DNA of 64,000 nucleotides. It comes from Azolla caroliniana. Its lineage: Eukaryota > Plantae > Polypodiophyta. The notes under the pieces are model-generated. The model saw nothing but the letters and a program-made list of their open reading frames with translations. It was not told where the DNA came from and searched no databases. Shown here piece by piece: positions 1 through 11,500 of this stretch (the stretch's first letter is position 1; every line of letters begins with the position of its first letter). Location of the stretch: NCBI GenBank assembly GCA_043228905.1, contig JBHGNT010000018.1, positions 7,502,001 through 7,566,000 of the forward strand, given 5' to 3'. The position numbers and the translations under genes are program-made.

Positions 1-1199
1 ATAACCTTTAGGTGAAAGAACTACCCTTTTTTTATGTTCTTTATACATTATTACACATAGAACATCCCATTTATTCTCACTCTCACTCTCTCAACTATGA
101 AAAAACTTGAAGTTCACTCAAATCATAAGTGAAATGAATGTGTTTATCTATCATGAGGCATGAAAGGGAGCATTTTATCCATTTGAGAACACGTGCAATG
201 GTAGAGAAATTTCATGTTTGCTCCTCAAGAAACAAATGTCATATACCCTACTACTTCTTGAGATAAGGATCACTCATGGCCATGGAAAGATATAGACATC
301 GAGTCTCTTATCTTATTACTTGTGTAGCAGGAAGTCATGAAGCAACATCCCGTCCTCTAGGCAAACCTAGACACCATGAAACAATCCTCATAGTTTTGTC
401 ATTAAAGTTAGTTATAGTTATACCACTATCCAAGGTAATTTCCAAAAATTCTCTCAAATTGACTTTCTAGAATTGCATGGGAATTAAGTAACAATTCCAA
501 ACACACATAAAAATAGACTTTTGTATTCCGTTTGGGTGTAAGATGTTGAAAAATGGTTGGGAAGATGGGATGCAAAACACTTGCTTTACGGTGCACCTAT
601 AGATTCCTCTATGAATGAGGCTTTTTTATGGCATCAATGTATCGTAACATGGAAAGCATTACACTATATAGGATGCACTGAACTACAAGATCATAGTTTT
701 CATTGAACAAGGAAACAACACTCATCAATGTATCTTAGAGCCCATTCTGTTGTATGTTATTTGAATTGATCATTGCTTCCATACAACTTAGTTCACATGC
801 ACTTCGATATGAGATGGGAGGTTGGGGCATAAGTGATGAGACTAGTCGACCATGCACGTTTTTCCCTTTGAAACAAGTTCAAGATTCTGGATATCAAACT
901 TCATGGGTCAACTTTATAATTTTGGGAGTTGGAAAATTACAAAGGGTATATTAAGAAGTTCATGAAATATGAGGGTAAGTCTTTCACATTCAAAAAACCA
1001 AGATGAAGACATTGGAACATCAATTCTAACAAGCGCTCATTGTCAAAGGTCAATTTTAATTTTGTGAAGCCATGCTCGAGCTCTCTTACATCGACATATA
1101 AGCTCTATCTTGATATAGTAAACCTTGTAATTTTTCCTACTATTTGGATATTGAATAATTGGATAGTCCCTTGTGATGATAACTTTGAACTTCTACTCC

Positions 1200-1910
1200 A
1201 TCTACCTTTAAACATTTTTAAATGTTCTTAAAATTCCAAGAATCAAAATAATAAAATTCCAAGTCACTTTTAAGAATGTAAAGCCATTCTCAAATAGATA
1301 TATAAACTCTACCTTGCCCTCGTAAACCTCATCAATTTTCTTGTCTTTTGTTATTATGTTGTTGATCATTTTCCCTTATGAACTGGCATTGGCCTTGTAA
1401 ACCCACAATCTTTAAACATTTTCACACATTTTTCTTAAAATTCCAAGAATAAAATAAATAAATTCACCTCAAACTCTTGTAGATGCACAATATAAAGCCA
1501 GGTTTAATCTTTAACGTGTGGATAATAGAGAATCTAGATTGCGGTCATCAAACTCATCATTTTACTTGGAATTATTAAATTGGAGGGTAGTTTTCCATAT
1601 GAGACAGTGTTGGCTTCAAACTCTTGCAAAAGCTTATTCTCACATTGTTAGGGTTTGACTTGAACAATATAAATAATGTTTAATCTTTAAAATGTCGATA
1701 ATCGAGAACCTACATTGGGTTCATCAAACTCATTATTTTACTTGTAATTAATAAGTTAATGGGTACTTTTCCCTTTGGGATAGTTTTGGCTTCAAACTCT
1801 TGCAAAAGCTTATCCTTAAGATTGAGCTTAGTCTATGGAAAGCCATGCATCTCTACCACATGCCCTCCATTGTTAAACATTTCCATACATTTTTCTTAAA
1901 ATTCGAAGAA
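1200..1910. repeat. Diverged ~177-200 bp tandem repeats
   Basis: 1503-1640 resembles 1679-1816 (shared ttggcttcaaactcttgcaaaagcttat); tt(t)aaacattt...ttcttaaaattc recurs near 1207, 1411 and 1873. Confidence 0.6.
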
Positions 1911-2914
1911 ATGAAAACTAAAAATGACCTCAAACACTCAAATAATATGAGAAGATAACCATGGAATATCCACCCATCATAGTTTATTGGTAACGCCCAA
2001 TTATTGAGGCTCGAGAAAAGGCGATGGACTAACATATAAGTGCTTAAATAGCACAATTTCATAAAAATGGACTAAGGGTACTTTATGAAATAACAAAATG
2101 TTAGGGGAATCATGAATATTTCGGAGTTTCATTCCCCCCTAACACGATACTCTTTAAACACAATATCATAAAAAGAGTCGGTTGGCGTTCTAAGATGACT
2201 TTGCTTTATTTGAAAAAAGAAACACACCATTAGCTCAACTTCCCATGATAATAATAAAATGAAACAAAATGTCCTTGGAGACAACTTTAAATGCACAATG
2301 AATATACTTAGCAATTTAGATATGGTTACATACATTAAAAGACGCAAGTATTCCACATGTCTAATAGATTGTTTTTGTGTGAATTTTTAATAGACATTAT
2401 TGGTATAGGTTGGCTTGTTGACCTTGGTAGGCCAAAAGAATGTAATGATTTCAAGTAGACTTCATGGTTACCTAAAGAAACAATCAAATTTAATAAAGTA
2501 GTTCACATAGGGATACACTTCTTACATTTCAAACTCATGTTGGGCATCAAAGAAATGTAAGGACTACACACAATATTATTTATGTTTACATAATTCTGAG
2601 CACCTATAAGAGTTTTGACAATGCATGTTGAAATCATATGATAGCTTAATTAGGCATCAAATACAAAGCATCGTGCATTGCAATGAGAAATATTTATTGT
2701 AAATTGAGTGTGGATTAAATTCCTTGCTACCTACGCTTGCATGTATATTAACTAATGTTTATGATATATCGTGGTGATAACAACACACTAAAAAAGTTCC
2801 TTTATTTAGGGGGGGGGGGGGATGAGATGGAATTGTGTACATGAAGTGAAGTGTACACAATTGATGAAGGGCAATAAGTAATGAAGTGGACCATAGGCTT
2901 GAGGAGTTGTCGTA

Positions 2915-4351
2915 ATGGCATGGAGAACTCATTCAAAGCTAACCCTTAATTCTTGTTTCTTCATTTTTATTATTTTCCTTGCTTCCAATGTGTTTTGTTT
3001 CTACTTGGGCTTCTCTTGGCAGTCTAGTGGTGGTCTCCATGCAATCACCTCATTGGGCTTCTCTTGGCAGTCTAGTGGTGGTCTCCATGCAATCACCTCA
3101 TTGGGCTCTAGCTCAACTTCTCCATCCATTTATGACCATTTTGATGTTACCAATTTGCTTTCCCACCTCAACCTCACAGAGATGGAGCTTCAACTAACAC
3201 GATTCGAGGTTTCCCAACTTCGACAAGATCTTAAAGCCGCACTGGAGCTCACTCGTGATTTGTTTGCAAATGGTAAATTGTTCCAAATGTTGAGTTCCCC
3301 ATCAACATCAAATGCAAGCCATAAGACACCAGAGGAGAACAATTCCACAAATGTAATCACCTTGCGCAACGCACAAATGATGAGTGAAGAATTGCACGAG
3401 TACATCGGGGAGAAGAAATTGCCATTAGGATGGAGCTTCAAATTGGCAAGTTCGACAATGGTGTCACCAGTAGGTCACTCATGTGAGCTTGTGATAAAAG
3501 ACCTACTCAAATACATGGATTATAAGGTTGGTGGCCCTTGCAATGATGACCAAAGACTTGCCCAATCCCTCATGCTTCATGGATGTGAGCCATTGCCAAG
3601 ACGACGATGTTTTGCAAAGGCTCCTAAAGCATTCAGGGAGCCATATCCAATGCCGGAGAGCATGTGGAAAATGCCCGATGACGAGAGCATATTGTGGACA
3701 CCTTATACATGCAAGAGCTTCAAGTGCTTGATCGAGCGGAAGAACAAAGGTGTGTTCGAGGATTGCATTGATTGTTTTGAGCTAGATGGGTTTGAAAATT
3801 CAAGGTGGATAACTCGAAGTACGGGGGATACTGACCTCGAGTACTCGATCGAAGAGGTGTTGGAGATAAAGAAGGGGACGATCCGGATTGGACTAGACCT
3901 AGGAGGAGGGACTGCAACCTTTGCGGTGCGAATGATGGAGCATAATGTCACCATTATCACAAGCTCCATCAATCTAAATGGACCTTTCAACAACTTCATC
4001 GCGCTTCGAGGGGTCGTGCCATTATACCTTAGCATTGCACAACGCCTACCGTTCTTTGACAACACTCTCGATATCATCCATTCGATGCATGTGCTTAGTC
4101 ATTGGATCCCAACCATCACACTTGAGTTCATTCTCTTTGACATTGATCGAGTGCTCCGTCCGGGTGGCATCTTCTGGCTCGATCGCTTCTTCTGCATCGA
4201 GCCTCAGCTCGAGGAAATCTATCTCCCCTTATTTAACAAGCTCGGCTACAAGAAACTCAAATGGGCTATCGGCCCAAAGCTTGACCGCGATGTGCGTCTC
4301 CACGAGGTCTATCTTTCTGCTGTTTTAGAGAAGCCATTGTCACGGAAATGA
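2915..4351 (+). CDS. Plant type II membrane-anchored SAM-dependent methyltransferase (At1g29790/At5g40830-like family), single exon, 478 aa
   Basis: N-terminal hydrophobic anchor (FFIFIIFLASNVFCFYLG), family motif GCEPLPRRRC, SAM-binding motif IRIGLDLGGGTATFA, QRLPFFDNTLDIIH and DIDRVLRPGGIFWLD; uninterrupted ORF. Confidence 0.9.
   Translation: MAWRTHSKLTLNSCFFIFIIFLASNVFCFYLGFSWQSSGGLHAITSLGFSWQSSGGLHAITSLGSSSTSPSIYDHFDVTNLLSHLNLTEMELQLTRFEVSQLRQDLKAALELTRDLFANGKLFQMLSSPSTSNASHKTPEENNSTNVITLRNAQMMSEELHEYIGEKKLPLGWSFKLASSTMVSPVGHSCELVIKDLLKYMDYKVGGPCNDDQRLAQSLMLHGCEPLPRRRCFAKAPKAFREPYPMPESMWKMPDDESILWTPYTCKSFKCLIERKNKGVFEDCIDCFELDGFENSRWITRSTGDTDLEYSIEEVLEIKKGTIRIGLDLGGGTATFAVRMMEHNVTIITSSINLNGPFNNFIALRGVVPLYLSIAQRLPFFDNTLDIIHSMHVLSHWIPTITLEFILFDIDRVLRPGGIFWLDRFFCIEPQLEEIYLPLFNKLGYKKLKWAIGPKLDRDVRLHEVYLSAVLEKPLSRK
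3005..3107 (+). repeat. In-frame 48-bp tandem duplication (LGFSWQSSGGLHAITS x2) in the methyltransferase stem region
   Basis: Identical units start at 3005 and 3053; partial third start at 3101. Confidence 0.95.
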
Positions 4352-5218
4352 TGTTTTTTGTGATGATTGTTTTGCTTGGCGGATCGCCCAAGGGAATTCC
4401 GATGTATATTATTTGTGCTTTTCACTAAAATGCATGTCCATGAAAGTCCATGGCATGATTTCTGATACTGGTAAATATCACCTCCTATAAATGTTTTGTT
4501 GTTGTGAAACTCCAATATTATTGCTTCTTTTCTGAGAATGATTTGAAATGTTTGTTATGAGGCACTGATTTTGGTTAAGAATGATTTTTTTATGTGGTGG
4601 AAATGCTTGTTCCTTGTAGTATGGTTTAGAAATTACTCTCTTTAATGCAAAAATATGTAGTGGCAGAAAACAATACAATGAATTAATTGGGATAATTTGA
4701 AGCAGAGAAACTATGAAGACAGGAGGTTGTGAGGATAAACATCTTATAAAAACAGAGAAAAATGGAATGCAACTAGAATTAGTTAAGGACTCCTAAAGAG
4801 AGAACAAAGGGAGCTTGCAAAAGTAGTTAAATAATGTGAGCTTGGATAAGGTTCACATTCTATGCTTAATTGAGCTTTCATGATCCAAAAGGAAGGCATC
4901 ATAATGCACATAAGTAATCATGAAATTTTATGCAGAGCTTGATCATCTTATGGAATTGGGTTTAAACTTGGAGATAACCAACCCTTTTTTTGAGAGTATT
5001 ATCTTATGAAAAGAGGCTGACTAATTATGAGGTGTTGTGGAATTGTATGGAACAACTAGTGGAGGAATTTCTCCATGGCAACATGTTGTGGCGTTGAGGG
5101 GGGTGCCTATGGAAAATGTACATAAAACTCTATGGATGGTAGGCATTACTATGCCTTGTCTTGTTGAATTAACAAAAACTCTATGCCCTCACTAATGTGT
5201 TGAATTAGAGATGTATGT

Positions 5219-5305
5219 AATTAATGCCTTGTTGTCGTTAATTCGTTCGAGGGATGAAGAATTAATGCCTTGTTGTCGTTAATTCATTCAAGGGATGAAG
5301 AATTA
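5219..5305. repeat. 41-bp tandem duplication
   Basis: attaatgccttgttgtcgttaattcRttcRagggatgaaga twice. Confidence 0.85.
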
Positions 5306-5939
5306 AAGGAATCATTGTGAAAGAAGATATATCACTACATGTTGAATACGATGGAATTGGTGCTATGGGCTTTGGCATGGCATCAACATTACTTGGTGAT
5401 ATGGACGTTGGTAGGGCAACAATATTACTTAGGGAGAAGTTCATTGATTGTGGAGTTCATGTTTACGAACCAAGTTTGGTAAGATACGAGAATTTTGGAG
5501 GATTCATTCGAATTCTGGTGCTGAAGCTGAAAAGAAAATAACAAATCGTGTAAATTAAAGAAACTAAAAATGCAAGGAAATTCTGAAGGGACGTGAGATG
5601 CATGTTGAGATTGAAAGAAAGGGGTTGTTTGGATGAAACATTATTCTTGGATACCGAATATGAATAAGATTGGCTTGAAAAAAAAAAAAATTTATCTTTA
5701 TCTAGAAAGATTGGCTACGGTCAGTTAACATGGCTACACAATATTCATTGTAATGTTGGATTATCTTGTATCTTGCCTTAGGCCATTATAATTTTCATAC
5801 TAATGGAGGATAGTTTTTAAAAATAAAAAATAAAAATTTATTGGACTTACCAAGTTTTCATGTCAAATGTGTTGCAAGAGTTTTGAGATCGTAAACAACT
5901 ATCGACAAGCATGTGTCCACAAAACGAGGCAAGGACTTC

Positions 5940-6050
5940 ATGACAATAATGATTTTTGTGATCATTATAGACAATGATTTGTTGAGACGAACCCTCCAAA
6001 AAATGACGCCATTGTTGAAAAGAATCCACCATGGCAAGAAGCTCTTTGTC
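5940..6050 (-). pseudogene. Ty3/Gypsy RNase H relic
   Basis: Translates to KELLAMVDSFQQWRHFLEGSSQQIIVYNDHKN, matching the Gypsy RNase H consensus KELLAI...WRHYL...TDHKNL. Confidence 0.75.
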
Positions 6051-6179
6051 TACACAAATTTTTCATAAATTACATATACAACTAAAGAGACCTCTCACTA
6101 TGTTGAATTGAAACAAGTGGTTTCCACCTAAAGATTGCAAAAAAATGTTTGCTTAAGGTTCGTAATAACACATATTTAT

Positions 6180-7211
6180 GATAATGCATATGACAAAGTG
6201 AATTGGGTGTTTATGAGAATTGTAATGAGGGTAATGGCTTCAAAGAGAGAATGTCTAGTCTAGTTGATAAATTGGGGAATGCGTTAATATCACACATATA
6301 TTCTTAATATTTGCATCACCCAACCCATCCCATGTCATCAATAATCTAGAGGATGCCCGTTGAGTCCAATACTTTTTCCAATTGTAACTCATTCCATTCT
6401 AACAACGTTAAATAATATGGCAAGGGTCGGGGAAGGAGTTAATATCACACATATTTCTTAATATTTGCGTCACCCAACCTGTCCCATATAATCACTAATC
6501 TAGAGGATGCTCGTTGAGTCCAATACTTTTTGCAATTGTGACTCATTCCATTCTAACAACGTTAAATAATATGGCAAGGACTGGGGAAGGACTTAATATC
6601 ACACATATTTCTTAATATTTGTGTCGCCCAACCCATCCCATGTCATCAATAATCTAGATAGAGGATGCTCGTTGAGTCCAATATTGTTTGCAATTGTGAC
6701 TCATTCCATTCTAACAGTGTTAAATTATATGATGAAATTAAAGGTGAGATAGATGTTGTGGTGTTACAATGCCTCGAATTTATCTCCTATTGGAAGACGG
6801 GCCCTTTTCTCACACTACAAAATGCAAGACCCATGTGGTGCTTGTTCCCACCACAATTACATAATTAGGTTATTGAGTGGTGGAGTGTTGATACTATCCT
6901 TTAGGGATGGGGTCCCATGGAAGAGTGCAACATACCAAACGAAGCTTAACGGTAGGTCAACATTCATGTAACTATTGTTTATAACTAATGAATGGATATT
7001 TTCATGGAAATAATAATAATAATAATATGGCAAGGGAATGGGTGTAAGTTGGACTTTAATTTACCTTGGTAGAGCCTTATGTAGCTTAAGCGTTAGCGGA
7101 TGACCATATAATGTTTTTGGATGATAAACACATAACATTGATAAGCCCCGGAAGTGTAAAAAAAATTTGCTATTGCTTGAGGATTGAGAATTAATGGGAA
7201 TTTTTTTGGTG
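6180..7211 (+). pseudogene. Decayed LINE reverse transcriptase, 5' part (continues after the Gypsy insertion at ~14563-14670)
   Basis: Ordered LINE RT motifs: DNAYDKVNWVF (6180), RGCPLSPILF (~6348, triplicated), LADDHIMF (~7093), GLRIN (~7181); HLAYPISV at ~14636 beyond the insertion. Confidence 0.7.
6284..6730 (+). repeat. ~154-bp tandem repeat x3 built from the LINE RT GCPLSP segment
   Basis: Units start at 6284, 6439 and 6593. Confidence 0.9.
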
Positions 7212-7523
7212 TGTTACCCAGACCCGGACAGTCAGTTTTACCGAACAAGTGGGAAAGCGTCGAAAACGGAGTCAGTTCGGATCGACTGTTCGGATCAATG
7301 ACTCAGCAGTGAACAAAGAGAACTAAGTTAGTTAGATAATTTTGTAATTCTTGATAGTAAGTAGGAATAGTTCTTGATGAGAAAAGACCTTCGGTATACC
7401 TATAAAAGGGAACCGAAGGCATTGTAAGAAAGGTCGTTTATTTAGTAATATAAGTTTAAGTTAGGAATATCATGTACGGATTCTGTGTTCTTTCTATTGT
7501 CTATGTTGTTAAGTGCAAGCTTC

Positions 7524-8384
7524 CTAATTTATAACTAAGTAACGATCACGGTAATTATCGGCATGTGCTGATTCTTCCTCTATCCATTCTTCATGTACTA
7601 CCTGTCGGTGTCTTCGCGGTGCTTGTACTATCGGTGGTCTTCTTGACTGAACAGGAGTTTCCGATTCTTGAATCGGAAACAATACCGATAGCCAACGACC
7701 AAAAATTTGCTTCATTGGTTTTCCTGTTTTTACCCCTTGTAGCTGCTCTCTCAGAGCTTCCCCCGACAATAGTGGCCAGTTGAAATCCTCCTTTTCGTAT
7801 GCGGCTATGATAAACCCAGCCCTTTTTTTCGGCATACAATAAAAACGGGGACTGACAAATCCCACCTCTAGTAAAAATCTAGCCACTTCATGGAAAAACT
7901 CATCCCGACCTCCATAAGTCTGATATGCTTTTGCCGAGGGTGAGTATTCCCCGAAATACGATTGGAGTGCTTCTGATGAAGGTTTTTTAACTGCCTCAAA
8001 GCCTCCTCTTGGCATCTGTAATGCATTTCGTATTTTCTTTGTGGTGACCTTGGTGATGTCTAATTGTTGTACCAATTCTTCCGCCTGCGGATGAGGTTCC
8101 GCTTCTGCTACTTTGATGAAACCTTGTAAGTTTCTCTCATAAAGCCACAGTCGCAGTTCTTCAGACACAGGAATCGGCATGACTTCTGTGTTTGCTTGTT
8201 CTGAATCACTTGACGATGACGGTTGGAGATCTGCACAGCTTCTGTAGCGATGAAAATCAGAAAAATAGAGTTTGGGCGAGCTAGGGCACGAAGGCTCAGA
8301 ATGTTTCGAGATCTGCACTCGTTTCTGTTGCTTTGGCGACACAGAAGATACAGAAATATGCTTTAAAGATATTAACTTATGCAT
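7524..8384 (-). CDS. Extra sense ORF downstream of pol (eORF-like, unknown function), truncated by the inverted LTR
   Basis: 286-aa ORF after pol and a poly-A tract; the last ~10 codons (NYRDRYLVIN) read through the inverted LTR. The start codon is uncertain. Confidence 0.6.
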   Translation of the reverse strand: MHKLISLKHISVSSVSPKQQKRVQISKHSEPSCPSSPKLYFSDFHRYRSCADLQPSSSSDSEQANTEVMPIPVSEELRLWLYERNLQGFIKVAEAEPHPQAEELVQQLDITKVTTKKIRNALQMPRGGFEAVKKPSSEALQSYFGEYSPSAKAYQTYGGRDEFFHEVARFLLEVGFVSPRFYCMPKKRAGFIIAAYEKEDFNWPLLSGEALREQLQGVKTGKPMKQIFGRWLSVLFPIQESETPVQSRRPPIVQAPRRHRQVVHEEWIEEESAHADNYRDRYLVIN

Positions 8385-8553
8385 TATGACTAAAGAATAG
8401 TAATTGCTATTAATGTAGGAATTAATTAGTATTAATCATGCAATTCCTCTTTCTATTTATAGTCGATTCAGACTGTTATGGCAAGATTCTATTTCTTCAT
8501 TTGACAAGAACTATTGAGTGAGTTAGTTAGTTTTTTTTTTTTTTTTTTTTTTT

Positions 8554-11500
8554 TTACTCTTCCGTTTGAATAAACGGGTTTACCGGCATATCTCCCAAAT
8601 ACGGTTTAAGCCGGAATCCATTTACCCATTTCGGTAAAACCTCTCCGGTTAATGATCCCAGTTGATACGTACCATTTTTACTATTAATTATCCATACTGG
8701 ACCTGTCCATCTATACCGGAGTTTCCCAGGCATAAGTCCCATTTTCGTCTGGAAAACCAATACCGGTTTCCCAATTTCGAATTGCTCTTCCGATTTCCTT
8801 CGATGTCGATTTACGAATGCCTTGATTTGTCTCTGCTTGTGTTCTAGTGCTGACATTGATTGAATCCGTTCTTCTTCTAATACTAATAAAGCCTCTTTGC
8901 GTATCTGCTCCGATTCTATTTCATTTAACTTATTCGTCGCTTGGATACGAAGTGTCGGAATTTGGAATTCGATCGGCATAACGGCTTCAAGTCCGAATGC
9001 CATTCGGAAAGGTGTTGATTTAATGGATGTTTTGTACGAAGTACGATATGCCCATAATGCACTATTTAACTTTTGATCCCAATCAGTACGATTTTCATTC
9101 ACTATCTTCTTTAAAATTGTTTGAATTGTTTTATTTGTCGATTCTGCCAATCCATTAGCTTGGGGATAGTAAGGCGTACTTTTCTTATGAACTACGGCAT
9201 AATAATTAGTTAATTCGTGAATTAACTTGTTAATAAAATGAGTGCCTTGATCGCTTACCAATTCTATTGGGCAACCGAATCGACACCATATATTTTCATA
9301 CAGGAATTTTGCTGTGGATGCTGCTGTATTGTCTCTGAGAGCTTTTGCTTCAACCCATTTTGTGCAATAGTCAGTCGCAATTATGATATATCGATTACCG
9401 GTTCTTGCAGCTGCTGGTTTGAATGGGCCAACAAAATCTAAGCCCCATTTCTGAAATGGCTCAAGAGGTAAAACCGGTTGAAAAGGCATTCGATCCTTTT
9501 CGGTCGGTTGCCCCATTCTTTGACACAAATCGCATTTCTTACAGTATTCGATAGCATCTTTCATCACCGTTGGCCACCATAACCCGCTATTCCATATTTT
9601 TCTGGCTGTTGCTTCTCCTGCGTAATGACCGCCAGCAATTCCACAATGTGACTCTGTTAATATGGCTAATTTTTCAAATTTCCGTACTGCCCTTCGCCAT
9701 ATTCCATCCGCTCCTTTATGATACAACATGTCATTAAATAAACAAAAATTTCGACTTCGTACTGCAATTCTTTTTCTTTCATCTGTCGACATGTGTTCGG
9801 CCGGAATTCCTGTTGATAGAAATATCGTCATTTCGGAAATCCATTCATCCTCTTTTTCCTCATTCATTTCTTGTGCTTTTACTGCCTCAACCCGAAATAA
9901 TTGAGTATCTGGAAAATCATCTTTAACACCAACCGCTTCTTCTCCAGATTCAAGCCGACTGAGATAGTCAGCAATCGCGTGCTGTGCTCCTGGTCGATGT
10001 ATAATGTCGAATTCAAACTCTTGAAGCAATAACGTCCATCTGGCTAACTTGCCTGTCAATTCTTGTTTGGAAACTAGATACAGTAGAGCCGAATGATCCA
10101 CATGAAATGTAAATTTCTTACCCAAAAGGTAATGTCGAAATTTGTTCACACTATATATCATTCCCAAAGCTTCTCTTTCGGTTGTTGAATAGTTTCTTTC
10201 GGCCGACGAAAGTTTCCTACTGGCATAGTATACCGGCCTATACCAGTTTGGTTCGGATAATTGCATTAAAGCACTGCCTATGGCAATGTCCGACGCATCG
10301 ACGAAAACATGAAATGGTTTGTTCCAGTCCGGTGGTTGAACTACCGGAACCTTTGTCAGCATCTTCTTGAGACATTCGTATGCATCTTGTTCTATACTTG
10401 TCCATATAAAAGGAACTTTGTGTACTGCTGTGTGTAACGGAATAGCAATGTCTGCTAGATATCTCATCATTCAACTGTGCCACCGAATTTGACCCAAAAA
10501 TCTACTTAGAGCTTTAGCATTTGTTGGTGGTGTCGCCTCAATAATTGCTTTAACTTTGTCTGGGTCCACTGCAATCCCTTCTTGACTGACAATATGCCCA
10601 AGTAACGTACCACTCATTACTCCGAATGCGCATTTGGCTGGATTTAAGCTAAGACGCCCTTTTCGACATTTTTCTAAACATAGCCGTAAATGCTCAAAAT
10701 GATCAGCTTTCCGACTATATACCGCAAAATCATCTAAAAACACCTGCATGAAAGCTGGAATATATTCCCCGAATATTTCCTGTATTACCCGTTGAAATGT
10801 AGCTAGAGCTGTTTTTAAACCGAACATCATTACTACTGCCACAAAGACACCCCATTCTGTGACAAAAGCTGTCTTTTCCTGATCTTCCGGATTCATCCGT
10901 ACTTGGTTGTACCCACTGAACCCATCCAAGAAACTATAAATTTCATGTCCAGGTACTGCATCTAATATCCCATCTGTGAATGGCAACGGAAACGCATCCG
11001 TAATTGTCGCTGCATTCAATTTTCTGTAATCCACACATACGCGAATTTTCCCATTCTTTTTCGGGACTACTACTATCGGACTCAACCATGTTGATTTTTT
11101 GACGGGTCGAATAAATCCTACTTTTAAGAGTTTATCGATTTCTTCTTTTACTTTGATAGCATAATTCGGATTCAACTTGTACCTGCGTTGTTGTACTGGC
11201 TTTGCATCTTTATGCAAATTGATTTGATGTTGACAAAAAGCGGGATCCAGACCTTTCATATCGTCAAATGACCATGCAAAAACATCTTTATATTGTAATA
11301 GTAATGTTGTTAATGTCCGTTTGTCATTTTCCGCCAAATCTCTAGCAATCAAGACTGTTTTTCTTTCACCATCCTCTACTCCTGCCAAATCGATCTCCTC
11401 CAATGCTGAGGCTTGCACTCTCTGCGATACCTTCATTTCCTTATCTGTAGCTTCTTGTTGCATTCGTATTTCTTTCATTGTTTGCTCATCTATTAGCACT

